Below, one piece after another: positions 43,631 to 61,814 of a DNA stretch of 64,000 nucleotides. A program made the position numbers and the translations under genes. The notes beneath the pieces were generated by a model. That model had not been told where the DNA came from, did no database searches, and saw nothing but the letters and a program-made list of their open reading frames with translations. The number at the start of each line of letters is the position of its first letter. The stretch's first letter is position 1. Origin of the DNA: Oopsacas minuta (lineage: Eukaryota > Animalia > Porifera); assembly GCA_024704765.1 (NCBI GenBank), contig JAKMXF010000133.1, positions 248,001 through 312,000 of the forward strand. Reading direction: 5' to 3'.

Positions 43631-45363
43631 ATGCAATCGAATGAAATAGTTTCAAATCGCGAGCCTGACAACGCCGGAGGCATAAGGAATGCAATGAGTG
43701 GAGCGATTTGGCAAGGTTACGACCGGATGTGTTCGTTAAAAGAAAATTCGTATGTGCAGAGTGGGATTGAGAAATCCATCTCAACAGTCTCTTACATTAC
43801 TCCAACAATTGGGAAGCAATACTGTAAGTTATACCGATAAACACGTAATTAATAGATAACATCCAGAAATGAAAGTCTAGCAATTAACAATTAGAATATT
43901 TATATATTATCTGCGTAATCCCATAATGAGTTTCTAATAAATAGTTTAGAGGAGACTTTGTACTACCATATTTGATTGACAATTACATTACAAAACTGCA
44001 GATGGAGTGAATTTAGTGTTAATTATCCGTAAACGAATATGTCATACATTTTCCACGAATTTATCATGAATAATTTACTTAATGAACTTGTAAAAGATTA
44101 GATATATAATTTGACGGCTAATTGTTAAATACTGGTAATAATATTTGAGGAATTGTTAGATAATGAAGCTTCAGATGCTCTAACGAAGATATACAGCAGT
44201 CCTACGGAGAGTATTACCAGTGGGAAAGAGTATATTGGAGGAAAATTATATGATGGTAATTATTGTAATTTTAACAACACTTTTTGTTAAAATAATATAA
44301 ACCTTTTGTTAATACATAATATTACTAATATATAGGAAGAGATTACATCGGAGGTAAGCTAACAGGCGGTAAAGATATAGTGGTGAATGCGAAAGATCGC
44401 GTGGGTGTGAAAGTAAGCTCTGGTGCTGATTACGTTAAAGGTAAAATGAATAGCAATGCGGAGTATGTGCAGTCCACTAGAGTAGGACAAGCTCTGAAGA
44501 CCGGTGTGGATAAGGGCCTGACAGCAGCTGATGGAGTGATTGATTATCTGTTACCAGGAGAGGAAGAGGGGAATATAGCGAGTAGAGAGGAGGGGGTATG
44601 GGAACACGGAAGAGAGGTGACCTCCAAGGCAAAGGATAGATTGACTTCTCTAGTAGCCAATAGGTACTATCAGACTGGAGACTATATCAATAATGTAAGT
44701 TTATCGAAGCTCAAGGGACCGCGATAATTACTTCGATATAGTTAAAATACTGCTTTAATTTAATTAATAACTATAGAAATATGTGAAAGGGAAAGAGAAC
44801 ATAGACATGGTGAAGGGATATGCTTATGAAGTGACTGTAGCAAAGGGTAACTCTATAGGAGAACGGTTCAAACATGGAAGAGAATTACTGGATTCACTCA
44901 CAATGGTACAGAGATTAAGTAAGAATTTCGGAGAGGCTGTATTGTCTGCGGAAGATTTAGTAGATAAGTTACTACCTCAGACAGTTGTAGATTCAGATGA
45001 GAACGATGAGATAGAGAGAGGATCTCTAGCTCATGCTGTTAAGCTAACCAGAAGAATACAGAGGGAATTGTTAGGGAGATTGAGAGCTGCTACTACTAAA
45101 CTACCATCTCTACATCCAACAGAAGATACTAGCATCTTAAACAAGGTAATTATTATAAAGTATTACATTTATTGTGAGTATTAAATGTGTATTTTTAGAG
45201 TTTCTCTACTGTGGGCTTATTGCCTATACCTACCGTGATCAAGAGCTATTTCCCAAAGTATTTTGAAGAGGTTCGTGATAATTATTAGATTTCTAATCCT
45301 ATATTTTATTGTATTAATATTTAGAATGAAGAGTTAAAAGTAGAAGACAAGTCGACTAAGTAG
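43631..45363 (+). CDS. Perilipin-like lipid-droplet protein; exons about 43631-43823, 44160-44254, 44335-44694, 44777-45145, 45200-45271, 45325-45363
   Basis: 11-mer-type repeats (GKEYIGGKLYD / GRDYIGGKLTG / GADYVKGKMNS) and VGQALKTGVDKGLTAADGVIDYLLPGEEE, typical of perilipins; junctions in phase. Confidence 0.7.
44701..44740. mobile_element. Fragment of the family-B MITE in a perilipin intron
   Basis: 38/40 identical to the reverse complement of 23878-23917. Confidence 0.7.
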
Positions 45364-45604
45364 AGAGGAGGTGTTACACACAGAATATTCTAGAATCTAA
45401 AAATTACTATTTGAATGAATCGATATCTTTAGACTAACAAATATTATCATTTTGGTAGAATTTAAGATTTCGTATTACTGGTGTGTGTATTGTATTACTT
45501 TATTAAATCTATTACAAGATTTTACCAAATAGCAGCTATACCAACCATGAATAACAACATATGATCAGCTATACAAGTTTGCATTTGAAAGTAAATGGAA
45601 TGAT

Positions 45605-46663
45605 TCAATTTTTGCGTTTCTTTTTTGTATAAAAGTCTGGAGGAGCAAAATCAGGATTCCTTTCTTCCTCTTTTTCTCGTTTTTTGGGGAGAATTTTTTC
45701 TGGGGTTACTACCAGTTTATCTTTGTCCCATTCTCTGACAGGAATTTGTCTAGTTGACTCTCTGATAGAGTCAATTAATTTGAAAACTTCTACTTTTTGT
45801 TTATCAAGTGTTTCGGTCTCCTTCAATTCCGCAGAAACAGTTTCTTGTAATTCCTTTTCTTTCCTAGCTATCTCGTCTGCTTCATCTAAGAAGCTTACAT
45901 CTTTGCCTTGAGAAATAAGTTCTTTCCTCATCTTATCTCTAACTCGTTGCATTCTAGCCTCTTTTTCAGCTTTCCGTTTTGCCAGTATTTTCTGTCTTTT
46001 CGCGATATTTCTCTCAGTTTCCAAATGCAAATTATCTAAATCTTGCATTTGCTGTCTCCGAATATTTTCATCAGTTGAGAATGAGAAGTAGCCTACCCCA
46101 TGTTCCCGTATTTCTTTACCAACAGCTTCTTGATAATGTAAATACTCACTTTCACCGCACTTAACTTCATCATTTTTCAAATATTTAGAATTCCCTTCTG
46201 GTACAAAACCGTTAATTGAATTTCTGCTGAATCCTCCGAAGCTAGAAATATAATTTGATAGCTCTGGGATTTGTTGCGTGTATTTATTTGTAATTTTATT
46301 GTCAATAATTTTCTGCTCAAAATCAACAAGACAAGATTCTGTGTTTTTAATCACAGAATCTAAATTATCTATTTTATTCATTTCATTGTATAAACGAGTT
46401 TTCTTTTGGAGAGTCATTTGAGATTTCGCGAGCAATTCTTCGGTTTCTGGATCGATTTTTGAATGTTTTTTGTGTTTATTTGTATTCTCATTCTTCTTTC
46501 GTTTATCTTTTTTGAACAGAGGTGTGTTTGTTTTGTGGATAGAGATATCTTTTCGTGCTTTGCTACTATTAAATTCCTTTCGTTTCTTTTGAACTTCAGT
46601 CTGCAAACTGAGACTAAGACTACTCACTTTTGCAGCAAACGGATCATCCTCATTAAAATTCAT
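45605..46663 (-). CDS. CCDC174: Coiled-coil domain protein 174
   Basis: SLSLSLQTE, LQKKTRLYNEM, CLVDFEQK, IREHGVGYFSFSTDENIRRQQM, REWD. Confidence 0.85.
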   Translation of the reverse strand: MNFNEDDPFAAKVSSLSLSLQTEVQKKRKEFNSSKARKDISIHKTNTPLFKKDKRKKNENTNKHKKHSKIDPETEELLAKSQMTLQKKTRLYNEMNKIDNLDSVIKNTESCLVDFEQKIIDNKITNKYTQQIPELSNYISSFGGFSRNSINGFVPEGNSKYLKNDEVKCGESEYLHYQEAVGKEIREHGVGYFSFSTDENIRRQQMQDLDNLHLETERNIAKRQKILAKRKAEKEARMQRVRDKMRKELISQGKDVSFLDEADEIARKEKELQETVSAELKETETLDKQKVEVFKLIDSIRESTRQIPVREWDKDKLVVTPEKILPKKREKEEERNPDFAPPDFYTKKKRKN

Positions 46664-47016
46664 TTAGTAATCTAACTACAGTAATCAAGTAGGTAGATAA
46701 GGTGCTATTCAAACGTACCACTACAAGGGGGAGGAAGTGGTATGCGAAATGTGACAGCCCCATCCTTTTTATATTACAAAACGGTGACAAAGCGTGACAC
46801 AGGATGGGTGTTGATTTTCGGGAATTTTCGGAAAAATTAGAAGTATAGTTAGTAGAGCTGATATCAAAACCCGAAAGGTAATTAATAAATATAATTAAGT
46901 GATAAATAAGTAACAATACAAACCTAACACTAAAACTTATCAAAAGCTAAATAGCTTATTATTGGTAAAGCTATCATGCAAACTAGCGATAAAACAAAAG
47001 AAAATACGTAGTATAG

Positions 47017-50000
47017 TTAAGCGAGTGTGAATATTATCTGTAAAAGTACAGCAATAAACAGGAGCTGAAGAATAGGGTAAGACAATCCAGCAGCTGACAT
47101 CTCACATCTGCGAGACCCTAGAGTGTTAATACAAGTCTCATCAAGTGCACAAGGTTCTGAGAATATATCTTCACACTCGTTGATATCCATACAGGTTACT
47201 TGATCTGATCTGAGTCTGAAACCAGTTCCACAACTACACAAGTATGACTTAGGAATGTTAGTACAAATGTCCTCACAAGAAGCAATCCCGATAGAACACT
47301 CATCTAAATCAACACACATGTTGGAATCAGGATCGATAGTATAACCGCCATCACAAACACACATATCTTCACCAGCTATCACAGCACATGCACCAAATCC
47401 ACAGTCAGTAGCACATCCATTAACAGGCTCACAAGTACCATTCAAGTATTCCCAATCTTCAAAACATGCACACATGTAACTTCCATCAGTATTGTTACAT
47501 ACTTGTTGACAAGGATTGAGTAAACACTCATTGATATCTACACAGGCATTCCCCTGGTCAATATACCCTGACATACACGCACACATATAGCTACCTACTG
47601 TGTTAATACAGGCCTGACCAAATGAATTACAATCATGTGTAAGACCACCTTCACCGAAACACTCATTCAGGTCCACACAGCTCGTGTCACCTTCGATGGT
47701 ACCATCAGGACAAGAACCACATTCTCCAAAGATGGAGGGTGGAGGGAGATCTGTACACTCTACTCCAGGGTAACATTCCTGTAGCACACAACCATCTACA
47801 TCTAGATCACACAGATCTCCATCATACCCGCTATCACATAGACAAGCTTGTAGTTTGTAACGAAGAGCTGAAGACTCGTATGAGTATAAACCGTCTCTAC
47901 ACTCCCCATTTTCACATGCACATACAGTTATATCAAAATGCAGAGAGGATGTAGCTCCTTTAATATCAGTAGCTTGTAAACTGAGGGAGAAAGGATCAGT
48001 ATTCGTTGTATGTAGTGCTACATGGTAGCGTTTAGTTAGTGGCATATCAGATATCAATGAAGCTGTAACACTAACAGTACTATTAGCTACTAAGAATACC
48101 CCTTCATCCTCGTCTACTACATCTACCTCAAATGAATGCTGCCCTCCAAGCATTAACAGTATATCTGTTGTACTTCCCTCACTGACTATAGTAATCACAG
48201 GAGGGAAATTAGCGAGGTCAGCTTGCATAACGAAGAATTCTGAGTTCTGGTTAGAAGATGTGTCTGCAATATCTGAGTTTCCGGTCTGTGAGAAGTCGAA
48301 CAAACAAGCCATATTATCACCACACAGATTTATCTGATCGGGGGTATAGTTAAGCTCGTCTGGGAATTTAGGCACATAAGAACTATTAGTATAATTAAGA
48401 GCATCTTCACCAATTGGGTAGAAGAAAAAGGAATCAACTAGACCGACCTGCCATGTTAAACCGAACTGATAATGTATGTCACGGAGGGTAGAATTAACAG
48501 GTAGTGGTATAAATGAGGTAGAAGGTGTCAAGTCGTCGTTTTGGTCATCATTCCATATACCCATGAGACCCTCAGTCTGGTACTTGTACTCTGGGGGTAG
48601 TGACAGGAGATAATCTAGAATTCCATTCTTAACAGATACAACTAAAGTAAGAGTACCTTCTACAATAATAACTACATTTCCAGGAGCTTCTACCTCTATT
48701 TCAACACCAGAATCATTATAATAATCTCCAATAACATCCAGCATATAGCTAATATCAACAGTAACACCTGGACTAACCTGAAGCTTAGTGCTCATGTTAA
48801 AAGGAGATGATTCATTCAAACTTATTTCCATAGTTATACTGCTTCCATATTTGAATGCTAGAGCAGTTAAAATCGTAGCATCTGGTGCACCAGGGAAAAC
48901 ATCTGTTCTACCTAATAGCTCGAATGAGACAGACACTCCAGGTCTAGTACGCACTAATATATACTCTCCAATTCCATTGAAAGTATACTCCAGATCATCT
49001 AGTGTAATAAAATGAGGATCCCCGAATATACAAATAAACCTAGGAGGTAGATAGCCGGTACAAGAAGCCCTACGTCTATATTGGTAAAAGATACTCGACA
49101 ATATACTATTATAAGAACAGGCCTCAATAAATTCAGCTGAATCATAGGTGTTATAAAGCGATACACCACGCCTGTAGGAGTATCTTGTGTATACAGATAA
49201 ATCTGTATTCAGCTCAGATGAAAACGATGAATAGCAACAACGAACAAATACAGAGCGACCTCTATTTTCGTAACAAATATCTAAATCAGAAAAATGACCG
49301 ATAGAAGCAAATCTTCTATCAAGGTTGGCTTGTGTCAAACTGCAAGGACATGGAATATTAAAATTTACCCCTGTCGACTGTCCTCCAAAGATTCGTCGAT
49401 CTGTATTTAAAGATAAAATACAAAGTACTGCTTGTTCTTGAAGAAAATCAAAGAAATCATCCTGTGAAATTGTGTATACCAACACCTAAATAGAGAACAT
49501 GTAAATAGCAATTCCTATAGAAGTTAATTGCAAGATGTCGCTATTACAAATTGCTGGTGCAAAGATTAGGTTCTAACCAGAGGTAGAGGAGTATTTAGGT
49601 TCACAAAATGTCACATACACGAATGTTATTAAATTCAATCTGAAAGTTTTTGGCCAAAGCTAAATTCGATACTTTAGTTCGTAACGAGGATGTGCCTATA
49701 TTATAGAACTTACATTACTGGAAATTTCGTCCCCACTCAAATCACTGCAACCAATCTTACTAACACCTTCTTTATTAGAGAATTGGTGATTAACAAAATA
49801 TTCTGGAGTATCAAACCCGATAGTAGCTCTGGAAGTGATTCCATCCCAATTCACTAGCTCACAATTGTACTCACTAATAAAATAAGATTTAGATCCATCT
49901 GTAGTGAGGATGGTTTGATAACTATTTGTCTGCTGACAAGATTCTGAGTAGCCTACACCGAGCTGTGCGCATTTGAAGAATATATCCCGGTCTGCAGGAT

Positions 50001-52476
50001 AGGGGGGGACATTCACCCAGGTTGCGATTATCGCCCACACAGCTACGAAATCATGTGGAGCATCTTGAGCATTACTTCTCACAAATGCTAAAATCAAATC
50101 AAAATGAAATTAAATGAACAAATAATTCACATAAATTCAGCTTCTACGTAATTAGATTAACTAACCTGAAACGTTCGAAAGCTCCGAATCGGTTGCAGAT
50201 ATATATCGATAGTATACATCCCCAAATTCTCTGTGATCATGATGTGCCCAGTAAGTAGCCAGAACAGGGAGTGGGAGAGTTTCGTCTGAAAACATCCTGG
50301 GGTTAATCCCAGCAGCACATCCCCCAAGACTAATAGCTCCATTAGAAGTAACATAAGCACTCGTCTGTATAGATCGGCCAGCTGGTATATTAGTAGTAAA
50401 TAGGATCTCATCACCGCATAGATTGGTACCCCTTGGTATTTCCTTGTCGCCATATTCAATGCCATATGGAAATTCAAATTCCAGTATATTAGTTTCAGAA
50501 GGAATAACATTAACTGTAAATTCGAAAGATATAGAAGAGATATTTGGATGTGCAATAGTCAACTTTCCAGTGTATATGAGAATAGGCGTGAGATCCTCAC
50601 TTAACTCGTTGCATAAATAACGGATATCGCCATCAGCAGCTCCCTCATAAGAACATGCACCCTGTATAACTTCAGATGGGGTATCAGAAAGAGAGGTATC
50701 TAGGCTAAGTTCTATAGTATTGAAAGTCTCGTTTGGGTGTATTAAACCAAAATAACCGAAAATATCACGTTGATGGAAACAAAATCCATGATTTCCCAAT
50801 GTAACTACCACAGAATTCTCATTTGCTATGCCAGAAGGAACAGATTCTTCACTACTGGGGGCGATGAATGGTAGATAAACAGTTGTGTTGTACACCTTAT
50901 AGCTATCATCGGCTGGACAGAATAGGCCAATACGTACGTACACTGTTTCGCGTTCTTCCTGTGAGAGAAGATAAAAACCAGTCTCTTGTTCTTCACCCTC
51001 ACTGATTCGTGGAGAGTTGTAAACATATTGTAATAGTGAAGCTGTAAGGTAATCATCTATTTCTGAGCTTTTGATAGTTCTAGTATAGGCTAAGCTATTA
51101 TTCGATATATTCCCAGATCCAGCTGAAATAGTGTAGTAAGTCTCTCCAGGGCATGCAGATGGTATATGAAAATTAGTAATACGAATCAGGTTGAAATCGA
51201 TGGGGCCATAGCCATTCGCGCATAAAGGCGCTAATTCTATATCGTAATCCTCTCCAGATAACTCTTCCACACTGATATCAGTAGTAAAATTGATATTGAT
51301 ATTAACACTCGCGTAATTAGAGGAATAATCCAAAAATGTGCGATAGAAAAAGAAAAATTTTGCAGTAAAGCTCTGCAAACGCAATACTTCACCATCAGAG
51401 AATAAATCTGGAATTGAACCAATTCCAAACAATGTACGCTCCGTCGCGTCATAACGATAAGACAAGAAAACTCGAATATAATCAAAGTTTAACTCATCGG
51501 AAATACCGACTTCTGTCGTCCTTGTCACATCTTTAAATATACATTTGTTTGTGCCAGATAGATCAGTGCAATAATCGTTCTCTCTAATCACACGATGGCA
51601 TAATCCAAACTGAGGCAGAATTGGTAAGGATACTACAACTATTCCGTTACCAAATGATAGTTCAGGATCTCCGAAGGTATCAAGGTCTATCAAAGGGAAT
51701 CCACCACTAAAATAATCACTAGATACATCCGGTTGAGCAATAACATAACCATTGTAGAAAATATAATTGCTAACTAGTTCAATACTTGCATCTAGCTCAA
51801 CATATGTTTGAAACTCGTTTCCTTCAGTTGTCCAAATGAAATCTATTGAATCATATATTGGAGTATCATTAGAAGCTTGGAAATAATTGGAGAATATATA
51901 TAACTCTATTTTAAAAGTGACTACAATATCTGTTTCAGGTGTTGACCAAGTGATATTGAAAAATAATCTATCTTCATTAGTGCAGGATATGTTTGAGTTG
52001 AATACATTTACACGGTATGAAGAGAAAGGAATAAAAAAAGATACTTGATTCCAAGGGGTAGATGGTACAAACACAGCTGGATCAGCTACAAATCCTTGTT
52101 CTATCCGGATAAATGTACTGCTAGAATCTCTAGCGATTGACTCATGAAAAGTTAGTGACTCTTTGTCTACTTGCTGGAGCTCGAAAGATAGTCTAGAACT
52201 GTTTCCAAAGGAATTAGAGGTATTTGTGAGGCGATAAACCTCCTGAATTCCTGTATCACAAATGTCAGGACAGTTTGAAATAAGTACACGACTGAGATCG
52301 TATTCCAAATTAACAAGTGAAAAAGGATCGCCAAGAATATCAAAAGTAACCGTCAGGAATCCAGAATTGAGGTCCAATTCATAAGGAGAAACAGTCGCAA
52401 CAAAGTCCTCACATTTTACAACTGATGTGAAGAAGCAGCAGCAGAGAAATAGTAGAAAATACAAGTCAAACTTCAT
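47017..52476 (-). CDS. Large cell-surface protein (about 1700 aa): signal peptide, unassigned N-terminal region, NIDO, AMOP-like, vWD, several (Ca-binding) EGF repeats, probable GPI signal; MUC4/SUSD2-like; exons 52476-50166, 50087-49714, 49485-47017
   Basis: YVTSNGAISL...VLATYWAHHD and IIATWVNV...YQTILTTDG (NIDO); FGDPHFITLD...YTFNGIGEY and GLMGIWNDD (vWD); CxDxxEC EGF repeats; terminal hydrophobic tail with no cytoplasmic domain. Confidence 0.85.
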
Positions 52477-53095
52477 GAAAATAAGCTAACTATCAGGTGC
52501 AGTAAAACAACAACAAAATATATGTATACGACTATTTATACACCATGAGGTGTAGCTCATGTACTGCTGCCTCAAATCTAATTTTATCACAAAAGTGAGG
52601 TAACTGAAGAATCATCCTACAAACCACAAAAGGAATTCTAGAGTGGAATGTAACAGGAAGTATTAGCTTCAGTGTGGGTCCCAGGAAATGAACGTGTCGT
52701 AAGGATTTTATTAATAGTTTGAGTAATGTAGTCGGTATAGCCGTGCCTATGAACAAAATTGATCTCAAAATAATATTAGGTAAATAGACCGTCTTTTTCT
52801 ACAAACTTTGTATTAGAATCTATGGGAGTTCATAGACGGTTTAGAGTACAAATCTTACTGTGATTTACGAGCATAATATGTGTATAAACCCGGCAAAAAT
52901 CTGAATTAATCAAAGTTGTGTGCAGTCTAGATCAAATCCTTCCCTGATACACATGGTGGGTCTTACACATACGCACACAATACTTGGATTCCGAATTTAA
53001 TCAAACAATAGAATAATAAAAGTGATATTTGAGCAAATCCTCACGTTTACTCATTACCAATCTATTCACAATTGATTTGTCTAACACTACATGAA

Positions 53096-53119
53096 TGTGT
53101 GTGTGTGTGTGTTTGTGTG
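53096..53119. repeat. (TG)n microsatellite downstream of the ISWI stop
   Basis: tgtgtgtgtgtgtgtgtttgtgtg. Confidence 0.85.
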
Positions 53120-53178
53120 AGTGGGTAAATACGTCATGGAATAAATCTGCAAGAATTACAACAGAGCTAGTCTATAAT

Positions 53179-58586
<5,408 letters not shown>

Positions 58587-58669
58587 ATATACAATTCTAA
58601 CTATTAACAAACAAACATTAGTGTAAATTTATTAACCATAATAAACATTAAACATCAAACATATAATAT

Positions 58670-59155
58670 CTACTCTTCTGCATGAGCTCTGTTTATCTTC
58701 ACATCCTCTGTAGGCTGATCTCCTGCATCGGTTGGTACTAATCCTATCCTATTAACAACTCCTAATCCAGCACACACACGACCAAATATCGTGTGTTTAC
58801 CATCCAGGCTCTGCGTAGGAGCTAGAGTAATGAAGAACTGACTCCCGTTAGTATCAGGTCCGCTATTAGCCATAGAGAGTATACCAGCGCCTGTATGCTT
58901 CAGGTCTGGGTGTATTTCATCATCAAACGTATCCCCAAATATAGATTTTCCCCCTCTACCTGTTCCAGTAGGATCTCCTGACTGAATTACAAATTCAGAA
59001 ACAATTCTATGAAATTTACAATCATCGTAGTAGCCTTGATGAGCGAGGGTAGCGAAATTCTGGCAAGTTCTAGGGGCGTGGTCCCAGTATAACTCACAGG
59101 ATATTTTCCCCATTGTAGTCTCCATGATGACGTAACGAGGTGGTGCATCTGCCAT
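58670..59155 (-). CDS. PPIL1: Peptidyl-prolyl isomerase-like 1 (spliceosomal cyclophilin)
   Basis: ETTMG...ELYWDHAPRTCQNF, FHRI, GDPTGTGRGG, LKHTGAGILSMANSGPDTNGSQFFITL, LDGKHTIFGRV. Confidence 0.95.
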   Translation of the reverse strand: MADAPPRYVIMETTMGKISCELYWDHAPRTCQNFATLAHQGYYDDCKFHRIVSEFVIQSGDPTGTGRGGKSIFGDTFDDEIHPDLKHTGAGILSMANSGPDTNGSQFFITLAPTQSLDGKHTIFGRVCAGLGVVNRIGLVPTDAGDQPTEDVKINRAHAEE

Positions 59156-59278
59156 TCTATGCAAACTGAGGAAAAGTATAAATAGGAGTGAATTACCTGA
59201 TTTAAACCGATTAAAATTCAATATTATTATTATTATTTATTTAACTGAATAACTACATCCAATATATTGTCTAATTAT

Positions 59279-60133
59279 TTACTTATCAAAGTATTGAATA
59301 GTATTCTCCAGCATTCTACACCCGGTTTCATTACCAGAGTTCCTATATAAAACTTTCAATTTGCATTTAGCCCAATCCACCATTCGTTTCTCCTTGCTTT
59401 GAAGGTTCTGTCTAGACATCTTCATAATAGCATAGAATGTTAGTATAACTCCGAAGAGAGCTCGTATAGAGTCAGGCTTAAGTGTTAATACCTTAGTGTA
59501 ATGTTTAGCTGCACTATCCCAATACTCTTCACCCTTCGTATAGCAAATCTCTGCGTACTTCAAATGATTGAGATAGCTAAGTGGATTGCTTAGAATTAAC
59601 TCTTCAATACAAAATCCAGCATTGTACAGATCTAGCTCTATAATGTACAGATCACATAACTCCAGCCAGGCCTCTGTATCCCCAATAAATAGAGACAAAT
59701 ATTCGCATAATTCTTGAATCGCCATTTTGTTTTGCCCCTTAGACTTGTGTACTGTTATTTTTCTTTTCCTACACTCACGATTCAACGGTTCATTCCTTTT
59801 AATTTCTTGGTACAATTCTAGTACTTCATCTGAATGTCCCTTAGCTTCTAACAGTATTCCTTTCAAAACGAGTACACGCGTACTTTTAGGGAACCGAGCC
59901 GATAATTTAGACAGAGCTGACGTAGTTATTTCGTAGTCACTACAGTCAAGAGACGCTAGAACAATAGACTCATATACTTCCCATACATTTTGTCCTAGAG
60001 CTCTGCTATTGTGTGTTACCAAATGGTTTGCTAGAAGTAGAATAGTGGAATAGTTCTTTCTTAGTTTCTTCTGCTCCACTTGAAGCTCCTCATAAACTAA
60101 TCTCCAGTCTGAGGAGAGTAATTCTTTTGACAT
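59279..60133 (-). CDS. EMC2: ER membrane protein complex subunit 2 (TPR)
   Basis: WEVYESIVLASLD, RFPKSTRV, DTEAWLELCDLY, FCIEELILSNP, RALFG. Confidence 0.92.
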   Translation of the reverse strand: MSKELLSSDWRLVYEELQVEQKKLRKNYSTILLLANHLVTHNSRALGQNVWEVYESIVLASLDCSDYEITTSALSKLSARFPKSTRVLVLKGILLEAKGHSDEVLELYQEIKRNEPLNRECRKRKITVHKSKGQNKMAIQELCEYLSLFIGDTEAWLELCDLYIIELDLYNAGFCIEELILSNPLSYLNHLKYAEICYTKGEEYWDSAAKHYTKVLTLKPDSIRALFGVILTFYAIMKMSRQNLQSKEKRMVDWAKCKLKVLYRNSGNETGCRMLENTIQYFDK

Positions 60134-60170
60134 AAGTAAGAAGTGCTAATTATTAAATTTATATATAATA

Positions 60171-60238
60171 CTGTGTTTGCTGGTTATAAGAACCGCGTTT
60201 CGAGTAGCAATACATGTACTTATAACCTGCATCCACTG
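60171..60238. mobile_element. Family-A MITE upstream of EMC2
   Basis: CTGTGTTTGCTGGTTATAAGAAC ... GTACTTATAACCTGCATCCACTG, degenerate TIRs similar to 1200-1227. Confidence 0.55.
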
Positions 60239-60405
60239 TTATACGCATTATCCATAGTACATGAATGGCCGAGACTCCAAGCTGGTAATAGAACTGAATA
60301 AGAACGATAATTTCCACTAAATAGCAATTGATTAAGTTAGCTAATTTCTAGCACATGTAGTACAGGTATTTCTGTTCGTAATGATAATCTCTTAAAAGCT
60401 AAAAT

Positions 60406-61488
60406 TCAGGGGAAAAACACCTTCTCAAACTTGGATATACGAACTCTACAGATAGGACACAGCCCTTCCACCTTAGTAGCACAAGTTGTACATAGGCATG
60501 CATGGTTACAAGGCTTAACCAATACTCTAACAGGCCTCTCGTAGCAGATAGTACAGACTAGAGAACCAGATTGTCCAGTTGAAGTATTCTGGATAATCTC
60601 GTCATCTGTTCGGTCTGAGATATCCGGTATAAGCATGTTAATCCTGAATTCCTCACTCTCTCTTCTCTCCTTCAATTTCTCAAACAGTCGTTTAATAGAT
60701 TTAATAATCAAATAAGAGACTAAAGCACCGAATATAACTCCTAGGGATATAGTTAGAAATCTGAGTACATCAACATTCAATATCTTTGAAGCTAAGAACT
60801 CATCATAGGAGAGTGCAGTGCATCTGTAGTTGTATGGAGATTGTGGTTTGCTAACTCGAAAAATATATTTTAATCCGTCTAACTCTTTGGTTAGTTTTCC
60901 ACAGATTATTACATTAGTTCCAACCTTTAGCATACTCTCTATACGCTCGTACCCAACAACCACTTCATTTTGAAGAATGTTATCAAGAATTTTTTTCAGC
61001 ATGGGGTCATCAACTGGTTCAGTAATATTGGACACCTGTTTGAGTAAATCGTGTCGTTTAACCTCAGAGAAATCCTGTACATATATCTTGCAGTTATTCT
61101 TGTCAGTTAAATGCATTGGTACATTACTTTCAGACGAGGAATGCAGGCTCGAACTCATATCCCAATTCCGGGTAAACACATTCCAGATTTTTTTCAGTTT
61201 CCATGTTATAAGAGTTCGTACTACTCCTTTAGTGAACGGCTCGTATAGACTGTTGATTGCGGTAGAATTTGGATGGATCTGACCTTCTAGTATTGCATAA
61301 GGGCACTCTGATTCAAAATCCAAAGATAACTGATGGAAATCTCGAATTCTAGGAGCTTGCATAAAGTTTTGTAAATCATCTCGATGTTCATCAAGGAATT
61401 TAGATAATATATAGTAGCCTACCCAGAATATACCAGATGTTAGAAGAGAGGGAATGTTCTCTTCTAACAGCTCTCTCAAGATATCCAT
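60406..61488 (-). CDS. MUL1: Mitochondrial E3 ligase MUL1/MAPL (TM-GIDE-TM-RING)
   Basis: Two TM helices, PYAILEG, ESMLKVGT, C-terminal C3HC4 CTIC...PCNHACLC..C...CPICR. Confidence 0.88.
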   Translation of the reverse strand: MDILRELLEENIPSLLTSGIFWVGYYILSKFLDEHRDDLQNFMQAPRIRDFHQLSLDFESECPYAILEGQIHPNSTAINSLYEPFTKGVVRTLITWKLKKIWNVFTRNWDMSSSLHSSSESNVPMHLTDKNNCKIYVQDFSEVKRHDLLKQVSNITEPVDDPMLKKILDNILQNEVVVGYERIESMLKVGTNVIICGKLTKELDGLKYIFRVSKPQSPYNYRCTALSYDEFLASKILNVDVLRFLTISLGVIFGALVSYLIIKSIKRLFEKLKERRESEEFRINMLIPDISDRTDDEIIQNTSTGQSGSLVCTICYERPVRVLVKPCNHACLCTTCATKVEGLCPICRVRISKFEKVFFP

Positions 61489-61814
61489 GGTTAGCACAAG
61501 TATAACATATCACAAGCTACAACTAAGAGAAATAATAGAATGAACAAACATTACGAAAAGTTTCAACTGAATATTATCAGTATTTAGTTAGGCTGCTAGT
61601 CATGAATTTTGATATTTGGTTCGAGCGGTTTGTACCTTGCTAAAATGTCAGAATTGAAAAGGGGCTATTTGACAAATTCAATCTGAACAAATCAAACAAC
61701 AAAACAGATCAACAAATCGAGTTCTAATAATAGAGAAAATTAATTAAGACAGATTCTGCTCTGTTAGAGTATGAAACCAAAGCCTGGGATTAATCTGAAT
61801 CATTAAAAGTCAAA

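Noticed and set aside
46700-46830. Possible Harbinger-like MITE relic between CCDC174 and the NIDO gene
   Set aside because: Only a short internal inverted repeat (TACCACT/AGTGGTA) and G-rich motifs; no definable termini or TSD.
52532-52780. 78-aa minus-strand ORF or a degraded plus-strand pseudogene
   Set aside because: No motif recognised; the plus frame is interrupted by stops; it lies in the promoter region of the NIDO gene.
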